Assembly: GCA_907165135.1 (NCBI GenBank)
Contig: OU015569.1
Coordinates: forward strand, 62,001 to 126,000
Direction of reading: 5' to 3'
Source: Oikopleura dioica
Lineage: Eukaryota; Animalia; Chordata
Length of the DNA: 64,000 nucleotides
The notes below the pieces were generated by a model. The model saw only the letters and a program-made list of their open reading frames with translations, made no database searches and was not told the origin of the DNA. Below, piece after piece: positions 33,421 to 46,910 of the stretch. The translations under genes and the position numbers were made by a program. Position 1 is the first letter of the stretch; each line of letters begins with the position of its first letter.

Positions 33421-36400
33421 ATGTTGAAAGCAATCAGAGAGGGCTGGGACAAGCTCTGGGAGAGGCTGCTTCAGGACAACGGAAAGCTGCTGCATGTTGT
33501 TGGTGACTTGATAGTCAGGCTTATTGCTGCTTACCTCGGTAAGAAATCGAAGCGAGTTTTTACGAAGTTTTTCCTCATTTGCAGTCGCTAAGATGGTTTC
33601 TTGTAGCGTATGAAAGCACAATGCTGACTATGAAGTTTATGCAATCGCAGCTGATGGATGCTGACAAGACTCGTGCTGCGGAAATATTGGAGAAAATGGG
33701 CTACAGCGAAAAATTCGCGGCCGATTTTTTGCGCTCTGCTCCGAGACACGAATGGGCCGTGATCGAACACTTTGTCACCGACTCCGACGAGCTGAACGAC
33801 ATGGCGGCGGTGAAAGGGCTCAAGAAGGAAAAAGAAACGATCAACAGGAATCTGAAGTTCGCTCTGAATGTCGCCGCCAATCCCGACTTTGCGAAGCTCG
33901 TCAAGGTCACACAAGGACTGCTGATGTATGGACACGGTTGAATATTGGCCCTTAAGTCTTGCTCTGCTTGAGAGAGAATTCTGATAAATGATAATTTGAA
34001 ATTTAATTTTAAAAAAATCGAAGATAAAATCTAAGCTGGCAGTAAAAGTATATTTTTTTAGTTAGTAGCGACTTGCTACTAGCGAGCTTTGTCGCTGTCT
34101 AATTAAGGCTGCCTCTCTCTCTCTTTATAGCCTTTTTGTTTGTGCAAAATCTACTGTTATAAAAAAAAAGAAGAAAAAAGAAAGAAAGTAATATTCATGC
34201 GTGATTAGACCTCCGGGATGCGGGAAAACAATGCTCGCCAGGGCGATTGCAAGAGAAGCTGGCTTTAATTTTCTCGTCGTCCAGCCCAGTTTAGTCAATT
34301 CGAAATGGATCGGCGAGTCAGAGAAGTTCATCCAGGTCAGAATAAAATTCTCTTATTCGGGAGACACTGAATTGTGCCGCCCTGCGCCGCCCTGCGCCGC
34401 TCTGCGCCGCCCTGCGCCGCCCTGCGCCGCCCAGCGTCGCCCGGTCTCGCTGTATCCGAAGATATTTTGTCTTTCAAAAGCTGGAAATTTAGATTTTCAT
34501 GTTAACTTAGTTATTCTGACATATTTATATTGTCTTAAAATTAAATAAAGGTAAACCTATAATTTAGGGTGCCAGTACAGTAATTCTCAACCAAACTCAG
34601 ATTTTGGCATAAAATCACTTATTTATTGAGCACGCGACGGGCCAAAGGCCCTTACGCGCGCATTTTCTGGTAAAGAACTCATTGGGTTGGCGGGGCCCAA
34701 CTCTCGCTCTTGTTCAGAATTGTTTCTTAGGTCATGGTTGGGTCGGATGAGAGCCGGATGGTTTCGGACCGGGCGACGCTGGGCGGCGCAGGGCGGCGCA
34801 GGGCGGCGCAAGGCGGCGCAGGGCGGCGCAGAGCGGCACAATTCAGTACCCCCCTCTTATTCTTTCCCTTCATTCATTGAAACAGGCGTTTTTCTCTGTC
34901 GCGAAAAAGCTTGCTCCAACGGTGATTTTCGTCGACGAAATCGACGTTTTCCTCGGCAACCGCAACGACGAAAGCTTCCACGAGCACACGCAAATCAAGA
35001 TTGCCGAGTTTCTCACTGCCTGGGACGGCTTCGATCAGAACAAGGGAGCCCCAGTCGTCGTAATCGGCGCGACAAACAGAAAAGACACTCTTGATGAGGC
35101 TATTCTCCGCCGCCTCCCCATCAAAGTAAGTCAATTTGCTAATAGAGAGAAATCTTTTAATTTCCAATCTTTCTCCAAAGATTCGCCAAAATTATTATTT
35201 TAAGTTTTTTTTAAACATGAATACATGTAAGTAGTAAATTATGAGAAACTAAATTTATTAATTTCTGAAGCTGGGTAATTTACGTGGCTGGATAGTTGTA
35301 TTGACATGAATGTCGATTGTTATCACCTTGTTTGATTGTTCGAGTGTCTTTGTCGATAAAGGTCATTGTGAGAGAGTGGGTGGTTGTAACCATGTCCGGC
35401 TCATGAAATCTCAGAGTAAATCAATTGTTGGATTATCCGCGCTTGATCCTCAAAAAAACGACTCAATGAGAATCAAAATGACTCAACTCAACTATCTCTT
35501 TTCAAAGTCACTTTTAACTTTTTCTAGCTAGAGCACTTTAGAGCCAGTTTTTCGACTTTCACCACAGAGAGAAATTTTATTGACATTAATCTCAATTTCA
35601 GTCAATGATTAGTAGATGCTTTTATGACAAGAAGAAGTCGAGATATTGTGGCTTCGAGTTATCAAAAAAAAAGCCGCTCATTGTGCGGCTTCTCGTTTTT
35701 TTCGTCAGAGGAAAAGTAGATCTACTAGAAGTAGAGTAATGTCCCCAGGGAAGGGTTGCTTTATGATCGGAAGGGGAGCGAGCATAAATTACCCTAGGAT
35801 TGGGCTATTGTATCGATTAGGTGGAGATTCCTCTTCCCAACTCGGAGACCATCCGGCAGATTATCGAGAGCAAACTTCCCAAAGAAGACTTCGACGTCAA
35901 ATTCGACTTTGTCCAGCTGATCGAAAAAATGAACAACTGGGATTGCTCTAAAGTACACAACTTCGTCCAGGTAACTTTTTTGCTTTTTCGAAAAATGGAA
36001 TTTCAAATTGGTGATCACGTGGGAAGAGAAAAGGGCATTTAAGCCGCCCTGTAGGGGTCGATTAATCCTTTTTGTGCTCTCACCTTTTGAAAATGGCCGA
36101 GTCATGAGTCATGATCAATTTAAAGATTTTAAACTTCAGTTCGCCGTTACCTCTGCTGTCCACGAGTTCGTCGAGGAGAGAAGCCAGAAGTTGAAATTAG
36201 GAGAAAGCCTCAGTGATTACGTTCACACGGCGCTCCAGAAGGAAATCAAGCAAATTATCATTTCTGGTCAAACAAGCGAAGAAGCTACGAAGGGAGAGGA
36301 AACAAGCAGTCCTTCAAAAGTGAACTCTCGTTCTTCAGAAGTTAAAGTAAAGAAGGAAACATCTGCTTCTCTAGGTTAGTTTTTGATTTCATCGAAAAGC

Positions 36401-36697
36401 CGCGGCCGAGAAGCCGCGCAAAGTGCGGCTATTTCTTTCTCAAAGCCGTAAATAGCTTCTTGTTTTTAAAAAGGCTGGATGAGTGAGCCAATATTTTCAG
36501 TAATGCAATTTCTAAACGGAGTACGTCGTCTTCTTCCAGCACGAAAAACGAGCAGCAGTGAGACAGAAGCGGAAGCGCCAGAAGAACCCAAAAAGGCTTC
36601 ATTGCGAGTTCCGATTCTCCAGAAGCACTTCGAAGAGGCGCTGGAGAACTACCAGCCGCAGAGCGATAGGGCGGCGTTTTTTAATTTATATTCCTAA
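33421..36697 (+). CDS. ATAD1: ATAD1/Msp1-like AAA+ ATPase
   Basis: N-terminal membrane anchor, [41 protein letters not shown] and AILRRLP. Confidence 0.8.
34359..34853. mobile_element. Foldback-type element with minisatellite TIRs and 9-bp TSD
   Basis: TIRs of about 85 bp built from GCCGCCCTGC 10-mers in opposite orientations; ctcttattc at 34350-34358 and 34854-34862; inside ATAD1 intron 34336-34885. Confidence 0.9.
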
Positions 36698-36868
36698 TTT
36701 TATGTTTTCGACGCTGGAAATTTGAAATCCCGCATCGTGCGTCTTTCAATTCTGTACAATACTACTGACACGGATACGCTTATCTTTTTTTCTGTTCATT
36801 TAGCAACAACTTCCTTCAAGCAAGACGACTGATTTTTCAACCTTTTTCTTTTTCAGAAAACAAGAAAA

Positions 36869-37883
36869 ATGGCGGCGCAGTTGACGACGCTAAAAGCTGC
36901 TCAGGCAGATGGAATGTATTACCCGCCGAATTGGCGGCCGGAAATGGGAAGTCTCGACAAAATGCACGGTCAGATATTTTTCCTCAGATAGCTCTGTAAT
37001 TATCTGTATATTCAGGGAGCCACCACTTGACACACCAGGCGAAGAAGATCAAAGAAGGAATCCTTATTGTTAGGATTGAACTGCCCTTTCCGATTTGGTG
37101 CACAGGTGAGAAACTTTGAATAGATCCTCAGAAGATAACCCTTTTCCCCTTTTCAGGATGCAACAACAAATTCGCGCTGGCGACGCGCTACACTGCCGAA
37201 AAGTTCTGCGTCGGGAAGTATCTTTCGACTCCGGTCTACAAGTTCAAGATGAAATGCCACAAGTGTCCGCAAATGCACGAAATGCGCACCGACCCGGCCA
37301 ACTTTGACTATGTCTGCGTTTCTGGCTGCAGGAGGGATGTTCGTTCTTGGGACATGGAAGAAAACGGACAGGTGATTAAATACAAAACCAGGCCATCAAA
37401 TGTTTTCAGGTGAGCTTCACTGATTCTGCCGAGCGCGCAAGACTGGACAATGACCCGATGTTCGCGCTGGAAAAGGGCAAGAACGACAAGAACGTGCACG
37501 ACGAGCGGAAGCCCGAGCTGCTCAAGCTCAAGATCCAAAATGCGAAGAAGCACGGCGACAGCTTCAAACTCAACAGGGCCCTTAGGGCGGGTTTAAGATA
37601 CGCAAAAATGCATGAGAGTGAAGCCACTGACGAAGAAAAAGCTATGGCGAAAGTAATTATGGCCCAGAAAGTAAAATCCGCCAGCTCGGGCGGCAAAAAA
37701 GCGGCAAACAAACTCAGTGGCGCAAAAAGAACTCTAACTTTGGCGAAGCTCGGCGTCACGAAATCAAAACGCGCGAAATCCTCGGCGCTAGAATCTGAAT
37801 CAAAAGAATCAGCTCCAGCAGTTCCTTCTTGTAAACCAGCGCTTATTTGCGACTACAGCGATTCTAGCGAGGATGAAAGCTGA
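36869..37883 (+). CDS. CCDC130: Spliceosome-associated CCDC130/YJU2B
   Basis: YYPPNW, KEGILIVRIELPFPIWCTGC, TPVYKFKMKCHKC, MRTDPANFDY, DPMFALE and DSFKLNRALR. Confidence 0.88.
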
Positions 37884-38119
37884 AAAACAACTCGCTGTCT
37901 TTTTCCGATATATCTGTACTCGCCCGAAAATAGGGGCCAATAAGGCTGTCCCCCATTCAACCTTCGACTGTATATAATTCAATTTTCTGACGTTTTCTTT
38001 AACAATTGCTGTATTCAGAGCATTCCACGCGAAGAGCTCGTAAGAAGGAGATGCGCTTCTTTCTTTGTACGCTTTTCGGTGGCATAAATTCGGCGGCTCT
38101 TTGAATTTGAATTCGTGAA

Positions 38120-41100
38120 ATGGCGTCGTTTATGATCCGGATCTACCCGGGCGAGCTGCAGCCGGCCACGGTCTTTCTGCCAGTGCGCGTCGATGAGCGG
38201 ACGACGGCCGCCCATGTCGCCAAAGCAGCCGCCGCCCAGCTCGGCATCTTTGGCCTCAACAACTTGACGCTGGTCGAACAAGGACCCGACAACAGCGAGA
38301 GCGTGATGGAGCCCGACGATCTCCCCATGGAGCGTTTTCTCCTGTGGCCCAGCCAGGCCAAGTCCGCCAAATACACGGCCAATAAGTACAAATTCACCCT
38401 GAGACAGGCGGAGAGCAGACTCAACCCCAGACAACTTCTCGAATTGAAGGGTTTTCTTCCCAGCGCAGACTCGACTCCCCAAGACTTGTGCAACATCTCT
38501 TCTCCCTCGCCGTCCTCCCTTTTGCGCGTGTTGCGCAAGCGCTTCGAATCTCAAGAAATCTACACCTGGGCTGGCCCCGTTCTTGTCTCCCTCAATCCCT
38601 ACTGCCAGATCGCGAATCTGTACGGCCCCCGATTGCAGCATCTTCATCGCGGTCGAGGTCTTCAAACCAAAGCTCATGTCTTCGCAGTTGCCGACGCAGC
38701 CTTTGAAACAATTAATAAGGCACGGGATTAAGAAAAAGAAAAGATAAACCAATTATAAATATGAATAGATAGTTTCCTTTTTTCTTCCATTTTAGCGTGA
38801 GAAAGTGGAAAACTCTTATCAGAAGTGAGCTTCAAAGAGCTATTGCTTTACTTTTTTCCAAAACAAAATCACTTTTTTTTTCTTTGTCTGAGAGCTGATT
38901 TCTTATCTTTTTTCTAAAACCAGAAACAGGGAAAACATTCGTCGTGTTCGATCGTTGTCTCCGGCGAAAGCGGCTCTGGAAAAAGTTTCTGCACTGAAAT
39001 CTTAGTGCAACACTTGCTGACGCTTGTGCGCTCGCATGAAACACGAATCGTTGCGGCTGGTCCGATTCTGGAGAATTTTGGGCACGCGAAGACGCGGAGA
39101 AACGTCAACTCTTCCAGGGTCGGCAAATTCATGACGTTGAGCTTCGCCGCTGCTGGAAGACTTACCGGCGCCAAGCTGGAGCAGTATCTCCTTGAAGTTC
39201 CCAGGATCATTCAAAGGTAACCGCGAGATAAAAAAGGGAGGTCCCCATTTTAACGGTTTCATTTTTCCTCAAGAGGAATTTCAGAAGATCCGTTAAATAG
39301 GGGACCCCTTAAATCCGTTAAAAAGGAGACCTTACCCTAACCTATTTCTCTTCGTATTCCAAAATAACAATTTATTGAATAGAATTATTTATTGAAAATA
39401 CGATTGTTTTAATATTAATTAAGTAAAAAAGGCTTTTGCTGCGCTGGGGGTGTTAAAGTGTGATTTATCGACATTTTGTTTTTTAAATTCGATAATGGTT
39501 GAATCAAGGCGCTGCCTTTGTCAAATGCGAATAATTCTGAATAATTCATGATTATTGACCTTTGCATTTAGGCATCCACAAGAGCGTAACTTCCATATCT
39601 TCTACACGCTGCTCTATGGCCTGGCGCCCGCGGAGAAGGAGAGAGTAGGCCTCAGAAGCCCGGACGACTACGCCTTCATCAGAAACAGCAACGCGCTGCC
39701 TGTGGAAGAAAGAGAGGAAACCGACGGAAGGGGAATCATTAAACTTCAAAATGCGCTAGACTCGATTGCTCTGTTCGACTCATCTCAATACAGGTAAACG
39801 CCATTCACTCTTCCTCTGCCCAAAAGTAGTTACAGTAAAAACTTCTGAAATACTTGTTTGTTGAAATTGAAACTAATGCTTTCAGGATTTTCCAAATAAT
39901 GGCTGGAATCTTGGCCCTCGGGAATATTGATTTCAAGTCAGATTACCGTGATCAAGCTTCAATTGTGAATACGGAATGGCTCGAGGAGGCGGCACACTTG
40001 CTCTCTATAAAGCCGAAGAGTCTTCTTTCCCTGCTCACCGAGAAAAGCAGCAAGATCGGGCGAGGAGCGCACATCGAAACTCTTACCAGAAAACACAACT
40101 GTGCCAAAGGTAAAGAAGAAAAAGGGACTTAAAATCGACGGGTTAGTCAATTAGCCAAATTATTTTCGCATTTTTGACCTTGAGGATTGGAAAATAGTTG
40201 CTGACGAGTACTTTTTCGTCATTTCATTGAGTTTATTATACGTTGGATCGATACGGCACGTGCCGGTGCATTCGAGCTATCGCTATCGCTAGATAATTGA
40301 TAATTAAGTATTATTGTGATTCTGTGTAGGACGTCATTCGGGGTGTTAGCGAGCCAGGCTATCAGTGCCGCTGACTGTTCCTCTCAAGCAAGACTCTCGA
40401 CAATCAAACTAATTGGCCCCCTCTTTTTTAGCATACGAGGCACGCGACGGGCTCGCCAAGGCAGCATATAGAAAAGTGTTCGACTTTTTGTTGCTTACTC
40501 TCAACGCGGCCAATCGACCAGAGCAAACCTACCACCTCCAAACGGCCAGGAATATCGGCATTTTGGACATTTTCGGATTCGAACAGGTATTGTTATTTTT
40601 GCAAAACTGAAGACATAGAAGAGAGAAAGAATCATGTTTTAACTTGTTTGCTAAGGCGGAGGAGGGCAACTCTTTCGAGCAGTTTTGCATCAACTACGCG
40701 AACGAGACGCTGCAGCTTTTCTCGAATCAACACATCTTCGAACTGGAAAAAGAAGAGCACGAGAAGGAAGACTTGCGCTGGACCGATGTCCAGTTCTCTG
40801 ACAACGAGGCTATCATCGAGCTCTATTCCAGACGTCCGGAGGGTCTCTTCTGTCTCCTAAACGAGAACATCCCAGGTATTTTGGCGGAGACAGCTGATCG
40901 TTGTTGATGCCTGATTGTAGGTCTGAACGATATCGTTCTTCTCAATCGATTTGATGAAAACAACATGGAGCTGAAGCCGGTCTACCGCAGAAATGAAATG
41001 GTCGATGCTTTCGCAATCAACCACTACGCCGGCTGGGTCGAGTACAACATTGAAGGCTTTGTTGAGAAAAATAGAGACGTGGTAGCCACAACTTCCTTGC

Positions 41101-44100
41101 AGGTAAATCACTTGAGACATGGAAAAGAGTCATCCTAAATCGCGATTTAGATTCTGCGAGGAAGCAGTTGCTGGCTCCTTCGTTGTGCATCTGCTCAGAG
41201 CCAGCGAGCATTCTGGCGCTGGCGCAAGCTCCATCGAGTTATTCAGGCTTGCTCTGCCTTTCGAAAATGCTTCGACGGTGGATTGCCGGAGCTCAACTCC
41301 TCCATCGACGGAGAAGACATGGAAGAAGTGGTCCTTGGAAAGATTAGTCGCGCCGAGCGAATGCAAAAGATTCACTCGGTCCGGAGCATGCTCGTACCAG
41401 CACTCGAGCAGACGCACAAGTCACAGTCGCGGACGACCACATCGTTGCAGTACCAGCAATCGCTCGCCGGGCTGATGGACTCGCTTCGCAACTCGATGCC
41501 GTTCTTTGTCAAGTGCGTGCGGACGAATGCGCGCCAAGAAGCGCTTACTTTCGACGATACGCTGATTCTCGAGCAGCTCAAGTCCTCGGGAATGACGGAG
41601 ACAGTAAAGATCAAACAATCGGCTTATCCCGTTCGGCTGGAGCATATGCGCTTTCTACGACAGTATGGAGCATTGCTTTCCAATCGCATAACTCCAAGCC
41701 GCGCTCAACTCGCAGAAGCAGTCGACTCTCTCGGCCTGGCGAATTCGACACTTGTCGGCAAAACGCAAATCTTCATGAAAGACGCTGCCAAAGCCGACTT
41801 GGACAAGAAGCTCGAATTCGCCGTGATCAACAAAGTTCGCGTGATCCAACGAGCTGTCCGCGAGTGGATCAAGCAGCCCAAGCCCCTGGTCCAGAATTCG
41901 CGACTTCAAGAAGAGCTGAAACGGCACGCAGCTGCGATTGTTATTCAGAAGCATTGGCGAGGATTCTGCGGTAAGTGGACGCCTGGTAGATTAGCACGTT
42001 TTCTCAAATGATGAAAGAAAATTTCAAAATTAGTAAATTCGCAATTTCAGCGCGCGAGCAGTGCGAACTCCGCCTCTTCGCCGCCGTCACCATCCAGCAA
42101 TGGTGGAGGGCGTGCATGAAACGCGACCGGTATCTACGATTGCAGGAGTTTATCACCTCGCTACAAGCAGTTGCGAGAAGATATTTGGCCAAGCAGAAGC
42201 TTGCACAGGTAATTTTAATGGCGATTCAAAAATTTCCGAAATGTCAAAATTTATTTTTTTTGTTACCAAATCCTTGATTAATAGCAATAGAATGATGAAT
42301 TGAGTTTTTTTTTAGTTGAAAATCGCTCGTGCAAAAGTCGAAATTCACAAGCGCTTGAAGATCGAACACGACGCTGCAATCGTGATCCAGCAGTGGTGGC
42401 GACGAACTTGGCGCTTGAAAGAGGTGCAGGACGGCTACAAACTATGGCTTGACTCGGCGAAAGTCATTCAGCGCTGGTGGAGGCGGAAAAGAGCGGAAAG
42501 AAACGAGCGGGAGAGTCAGCTTTTCGACGGAAACGAGGAGCGTTTTAAAACGATGAAGCTGATGTCTCCGGTGGCCAATCTCGACCCGATGGACCAGTTG
42601 AATGTCGCGTTTGTCGAAATGGACAGCTCGAGTTCGCAAATGAGTCAGCTTGAGCCGAACGAGAGTGCGATCAACTACACTCCTGAACAGACAGAAGTAG
42701 TTACTTCTCCACGGCGGCGAAGACAGAGCCCCGAGCAAAAGTGGATTGTGCCTGATCAAACTGTTGCTCTAAAGCCAGTGTTTCCCGCAGTCAGTTCAAC
42801 GCCGCTTTCGAAGCCTGTTCGCCCGCCTTCAAATGGCTCCAATCAGCCCTACCAAGTGCAGCTGGTGAGAAAAGAAACACTGCGTTCGCAACTGCACGCC
42901 ACTCAGCACGGCCGATCGAAAACGTCGTGGACGGAGATGGAGCAAATGGAAATGATTCCAACGCCCGATCTTAACTTCAGTGGCGACGTGAGCGAACTTG
43001 GTAGTCCAAGTAGTCCTCCCCCGCAGTCGAAGAAATCTTCGAGGAGACATAAACGAGAACAGGAGTCAATGATGATGAACGCACAACTACCGCCAAAAGA
43101 TCCAAGTTCTAAAGAATCCGAGGCCCCAAAAATGCGAAACTCGCGGCGACCCCGTTCGCGGTCATCCCAAAATCGGCGACAGAGCGAAGCTGACCTTCCC
43201 GACCAGATCTTGTTCGAGAAGAAAGTTCGCCCGCGAGAGAGGTCAGTCCAGTGTAATTCATTCCCCAAATATTGCCCAAAATATCTCATCATACTTTGAT
43301 TCTCTTCGTTTCAGCTTTAGAATTTTGTATTAAGACCGCCATCCGCCATACTACCGCGAGACAAGATTCACGAGAGGATAGAGCTCCGCCCTGATGGATC
43401 CCGGACGAGTGCAAGTTTCGTTCTAACGCCTCGATCATACGAACAGTCAGAGCGGGTTAAATCGCAGTTCCGTCCCTCACCCCAGCCACTAGAACGGCGC
43501 GACTCAATTAGGTACGGCTCTAGAATTTCTTGATTCCCTCATTTCAATTTTTATCTTCAGAGAACGACGAGAAGTGCCTCCGCCGGCGAAAATCATCCAG
43601 CGACGCGCTCCAGTTGAAAGACATCAATCCGTAAAAGGTAAGTCAAGAACTTCCTCTAGTTTTTTCAAAAAAGGTTCTTTCGTGCGTCACGGAAATATAA
43701 TAAGGGATAAAGCAAATAGAATACTGAAGAGAGCGGGCGCCTCTCCTTTGGCGCGCTTTTTGGAGCTCTCATGGGAAAATTTAAATAAATGTTTCTTCCT
43801 CCCAGCGCGTACTCTTATCACTTTTCATATTCAGAGAAAATCGACCGATCAAGCGATCGGGAGAATCTGGAAATTGACCCAGCCCTGATCCACTCCCGGC
43901 AAGTTCCGCATTCGACGCGTTTGTTGAGAAAATCGCACGCAAAAGCGAGTAGCAGCAGCAGTAGAAATCGAAGCAACTCGCTAGATGCGCAGGAGCGGCT
44001 GGAGACAACAACGACTACGGAAAATATCAACTCGCGAATTTTCAAGAAAGGGAAGAGTGATTGGCAGGCGGAGATTCCAGATTGGGAAAACAACGATAAA

Positions 44101-46522
44101 CTTGTGGTAGATGGTAAATTGGCGCCGCTGAATATGCCTGTCAATAATCGACCAAGTCAATTTTCGAAAACGGAGATCAAGCCAATGGAGCCTAGTTACC
44201 AGAGTATCCAGCCCATTCCAGAGACAAGTAGCTCTTCCTCTTCCAAACGCTCCTCCAACATCGTCCATGTCTTCAAGAACCGTCTCAAGCGCAAACGAAA
44301 CAAGCAAAAAGAAGCCCCAGCGACAAGTAATCTAAGCGTCATTCCTCGCAAAGAAGTAATACCCCGCGTCATCGTGCTGGACGAAAGCGATCCAGAAGGG
44401 CCAGAAAATCTGATCGCGTTTTTGGACGAGCGCGTCAAATCATTCAACTCGACGCTGGAGAAAGACGACTCTGGCAATGATGAGATGACTCTTGTGAACG
44501 ACATTTGGCGCAACGCCCTGAACGAGTTCAAGGACACCCTCCGCTCGCTTTCAGTTCAAGGCTACAATGAGTTATTGCTCGATCAATTACTGGAGAACTT
44601 TTCTGAAGCCTTCCAGTCCCAAATCCACAGATCATGCGCCGGCGACGAGGAAAAAAAGCGAACTCTTCCGGTTTGATTCTTTTTAATTCTTAATTTGATA
44701 ATTAACATGTTTAGTACCAAATGTTCATGAATTCATTCCGCGGGACGCTAGAAGACTTCGTCAAAGAGAACAAATCGCTGCGTCCGATCCGCCGCCCCCG
44801 GCCCAAGAAGATCGAGAAGGAAGACTGCCGAGGCCACCACTTCTCGCGTCACCAAGTCATCCAGCCAAATGTGTGTGCTGTTTGTCAACAGCGGCTCTTC
44901 TTCATGATCGATAAAGTTCAACTTTGCTCCATTTGCAAAATCCTCGTCCACAAAGACTGTATCAAAAGTCCCAAGCTTCCTCAATGTTCTCTGGTAAGCA
45001 TTTACTATTATTGGAAGTCATCATCAATTATTATAAATTATCGTCGCTTATAAAAGCTTTTAGACCTCACAAGACTTAAAACTGTTTGGAGTTCCGCTGC
45101 AGTGCCTGTGCAAAGACGGCCAAGACACGCCAGAATTCGTGATCAAGGTCCTCTCCTATCTCGAGCTGAACGGCATTCTCAAGCAAGGAATTTACCGCGT
45201 CTCTGGCGCCAAAGTCGAAGAAAAGAAGCTCGAATCGGAGCTGGAGCAAGACCCCTATTGCCGAAAAGTCAGATTCGAAAGTTACAATGTTCATTGCGTC
45301 GCCAGCATCTTCAAAATTTTCCTCCGAAAGCTCCCCGATCCACTCGTGCCTTTTGAGGTTGGAGACTCTTCAATTCGATTTTTGACTATTTCGCGTTTTA
45401 GTACTACGACAACGTTTTGCGCGCGATGACTCTTCCGGAAAAAGAATGCTCCGACGAGCTGCTTTCGATTTTCAACGGACTGCCGCGGCACCACCGGGGC
45501 ACCTTGGAAAGAGTCGTCTTCCACCTCGCCCGCGTCGCGCAAAAGTCCGAAGACAACAAGATGAATCCTCAGAATCTAGCGATCATCATTGCGCCTTGTA
45601 TAATCCGCGCTCCGGATCATATTCCACCACTTACAGGTATGCACAAAAACAAATTAACGGTGGTTGACACTTTTTGGTTTCATTTTTGTTTATTGATGGA
45701 ATTGGAAGTATAAGAATCAGCGGTTAAAGTTTCATTTGATACTCTCTTTCATCTTTTTCAAAAAGTCATTTTTTATTTTCAAAATCGCAAAAAAACAACA
45801 TTTGCCTCCGTTTTATACAGCAGAAACAGGCTAAATTAAGAAGGCTGGTTCGGTTTCCAGTATTTGAATAAGCACAAATTCAAACCGAAAAATAGGTTGT
45901 CCAAATTGAATGACAAACAGAAAGGGAAACAAGATGGTTCATTTGAAGGCCGAAATTTCAAATTTCAAAAATAATTTATTTTAAATAAATGATTGCTTTC
46001 AGTTGCCCAGCAAATCGGAGCAACGACACGAGCAGTAGAAATCATCATCAGAAACCAGCTAGAAGTGCTGAAAACAAAGTTCAATTCGTTCTCCGCGCTG
46101 GACGCCAAGGAGCGTCAATTGCAACGCGGCCTCAAAGAAGTCCGTCGCAGTAAAATGAAACACTCGATCAGAGTCAGCAGACATCAGAGCAAAGCGCCCG
46201 TGGCGCAGAACGAGCCCGAGGAGGTACTGATATTTTTGATTTACCTTTTTAACCTTCATTTCAGAGCATGGAGCACGATGAAAAGCGCCTCGCAGCTGAT
46301 CTCGCTCGAATAAAACAGCAAAAACGCGCCACCTTCTCCTCGATCCGGGCCTTCAGTCACCCGAATCAAGAGAGCACGGCCGCTTCTGAATCGCTGAAAG
46401 CCGACTCTGTCTCCCGCAATAACGCCCCTTCCACACCCAAAGCAGATCAATTTATTCGCGCCGACAAAAACCGCCTCGCTCACCGACGATTTAACAAAAG
46501 TTCAAAATACACCAATCTGTAA
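38120..46522 (+). CDS. MYO9: Myosin IX (RA domain, motor, IQ motifs, C1, RhoGAP)
   Basis: N-terminal RA-like domain; motor motifs GESGSGKS, LENFGHAKT, NSSRVGKF, DIFGFE, FEQFCINYANE and PFFVKCVR; IQ repeats; C1 HHF...CAVC...CSIC...HKDC; RhoGAP LFGV, GIYRVSG, NKMNPQNLAII. Confidence 0.95.
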
Positions 46523-46771
46523 CTAAGACCCATCACGATTCATTCTTACCTATTCTCCTCTTCTCTCCATCCACCATCCCCAAAAAGTCACCTGCTGCGC
46601 CCCTCGACCTCACTTATTCTTCCTTCCACTAATCGATCTCGCTCTTCTTGCCATATTTCTCACTCACTCATTTCTCCCTTCTGTCGTTGCCATATCTGTA
46701 AATTCGGCATTTGCCCTACTTAAAAAATAGAAAGAAAAATAAAAGAAATTAATCTTAAATTTGCTCAGAAA

Positions 46772-46867
46772 CCTGAGCAGAAAACTTGAGTCAAGGTCCG
46801 AATGATCTTTATGGAAAGCCGCATTCGGACCCTGACTCAGGTTTTCTACACAGGTTGAGGAGCCCAG
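46772..46867. mobile_element. Family A MITE copy (degenerate left arm)
   Basis: aaaacttgagtcaaggtccg ... cggaccctgactcaggttttctacacaggttgaggagcccag. Confidence 0.75.
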
Positions 46868-46910
46868 ATTCCGACGAAACAAAAGACCAGCAGAAATTAA
46901 GCTTGATGAA

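Noticed and set aside
34375-34840. Tandem 10-mer arrays here and 9-10-mer arrays at 54400-54740 as CRISPR arrays
   Set aside because: There are no unique spacers and no cas genes, the context is eukaryotic introns, and the arrays are the mirrored arms of TSD-flanked elements.
39330-39345. ACCCTAACC in a myosin IX intron as another telomere template
   Set aside because: It is only 9-10 nt in AT-rich sequence with no enclosing structure, as expected by chance.
40240-40400. Palindrome CGGCACGTGCCG and neighbouring short repeats in a myosin IX intron as an ncRNA
   Set aside because: It is an isolated 12-bp palindrome with no boxes, extended fold or second copy.
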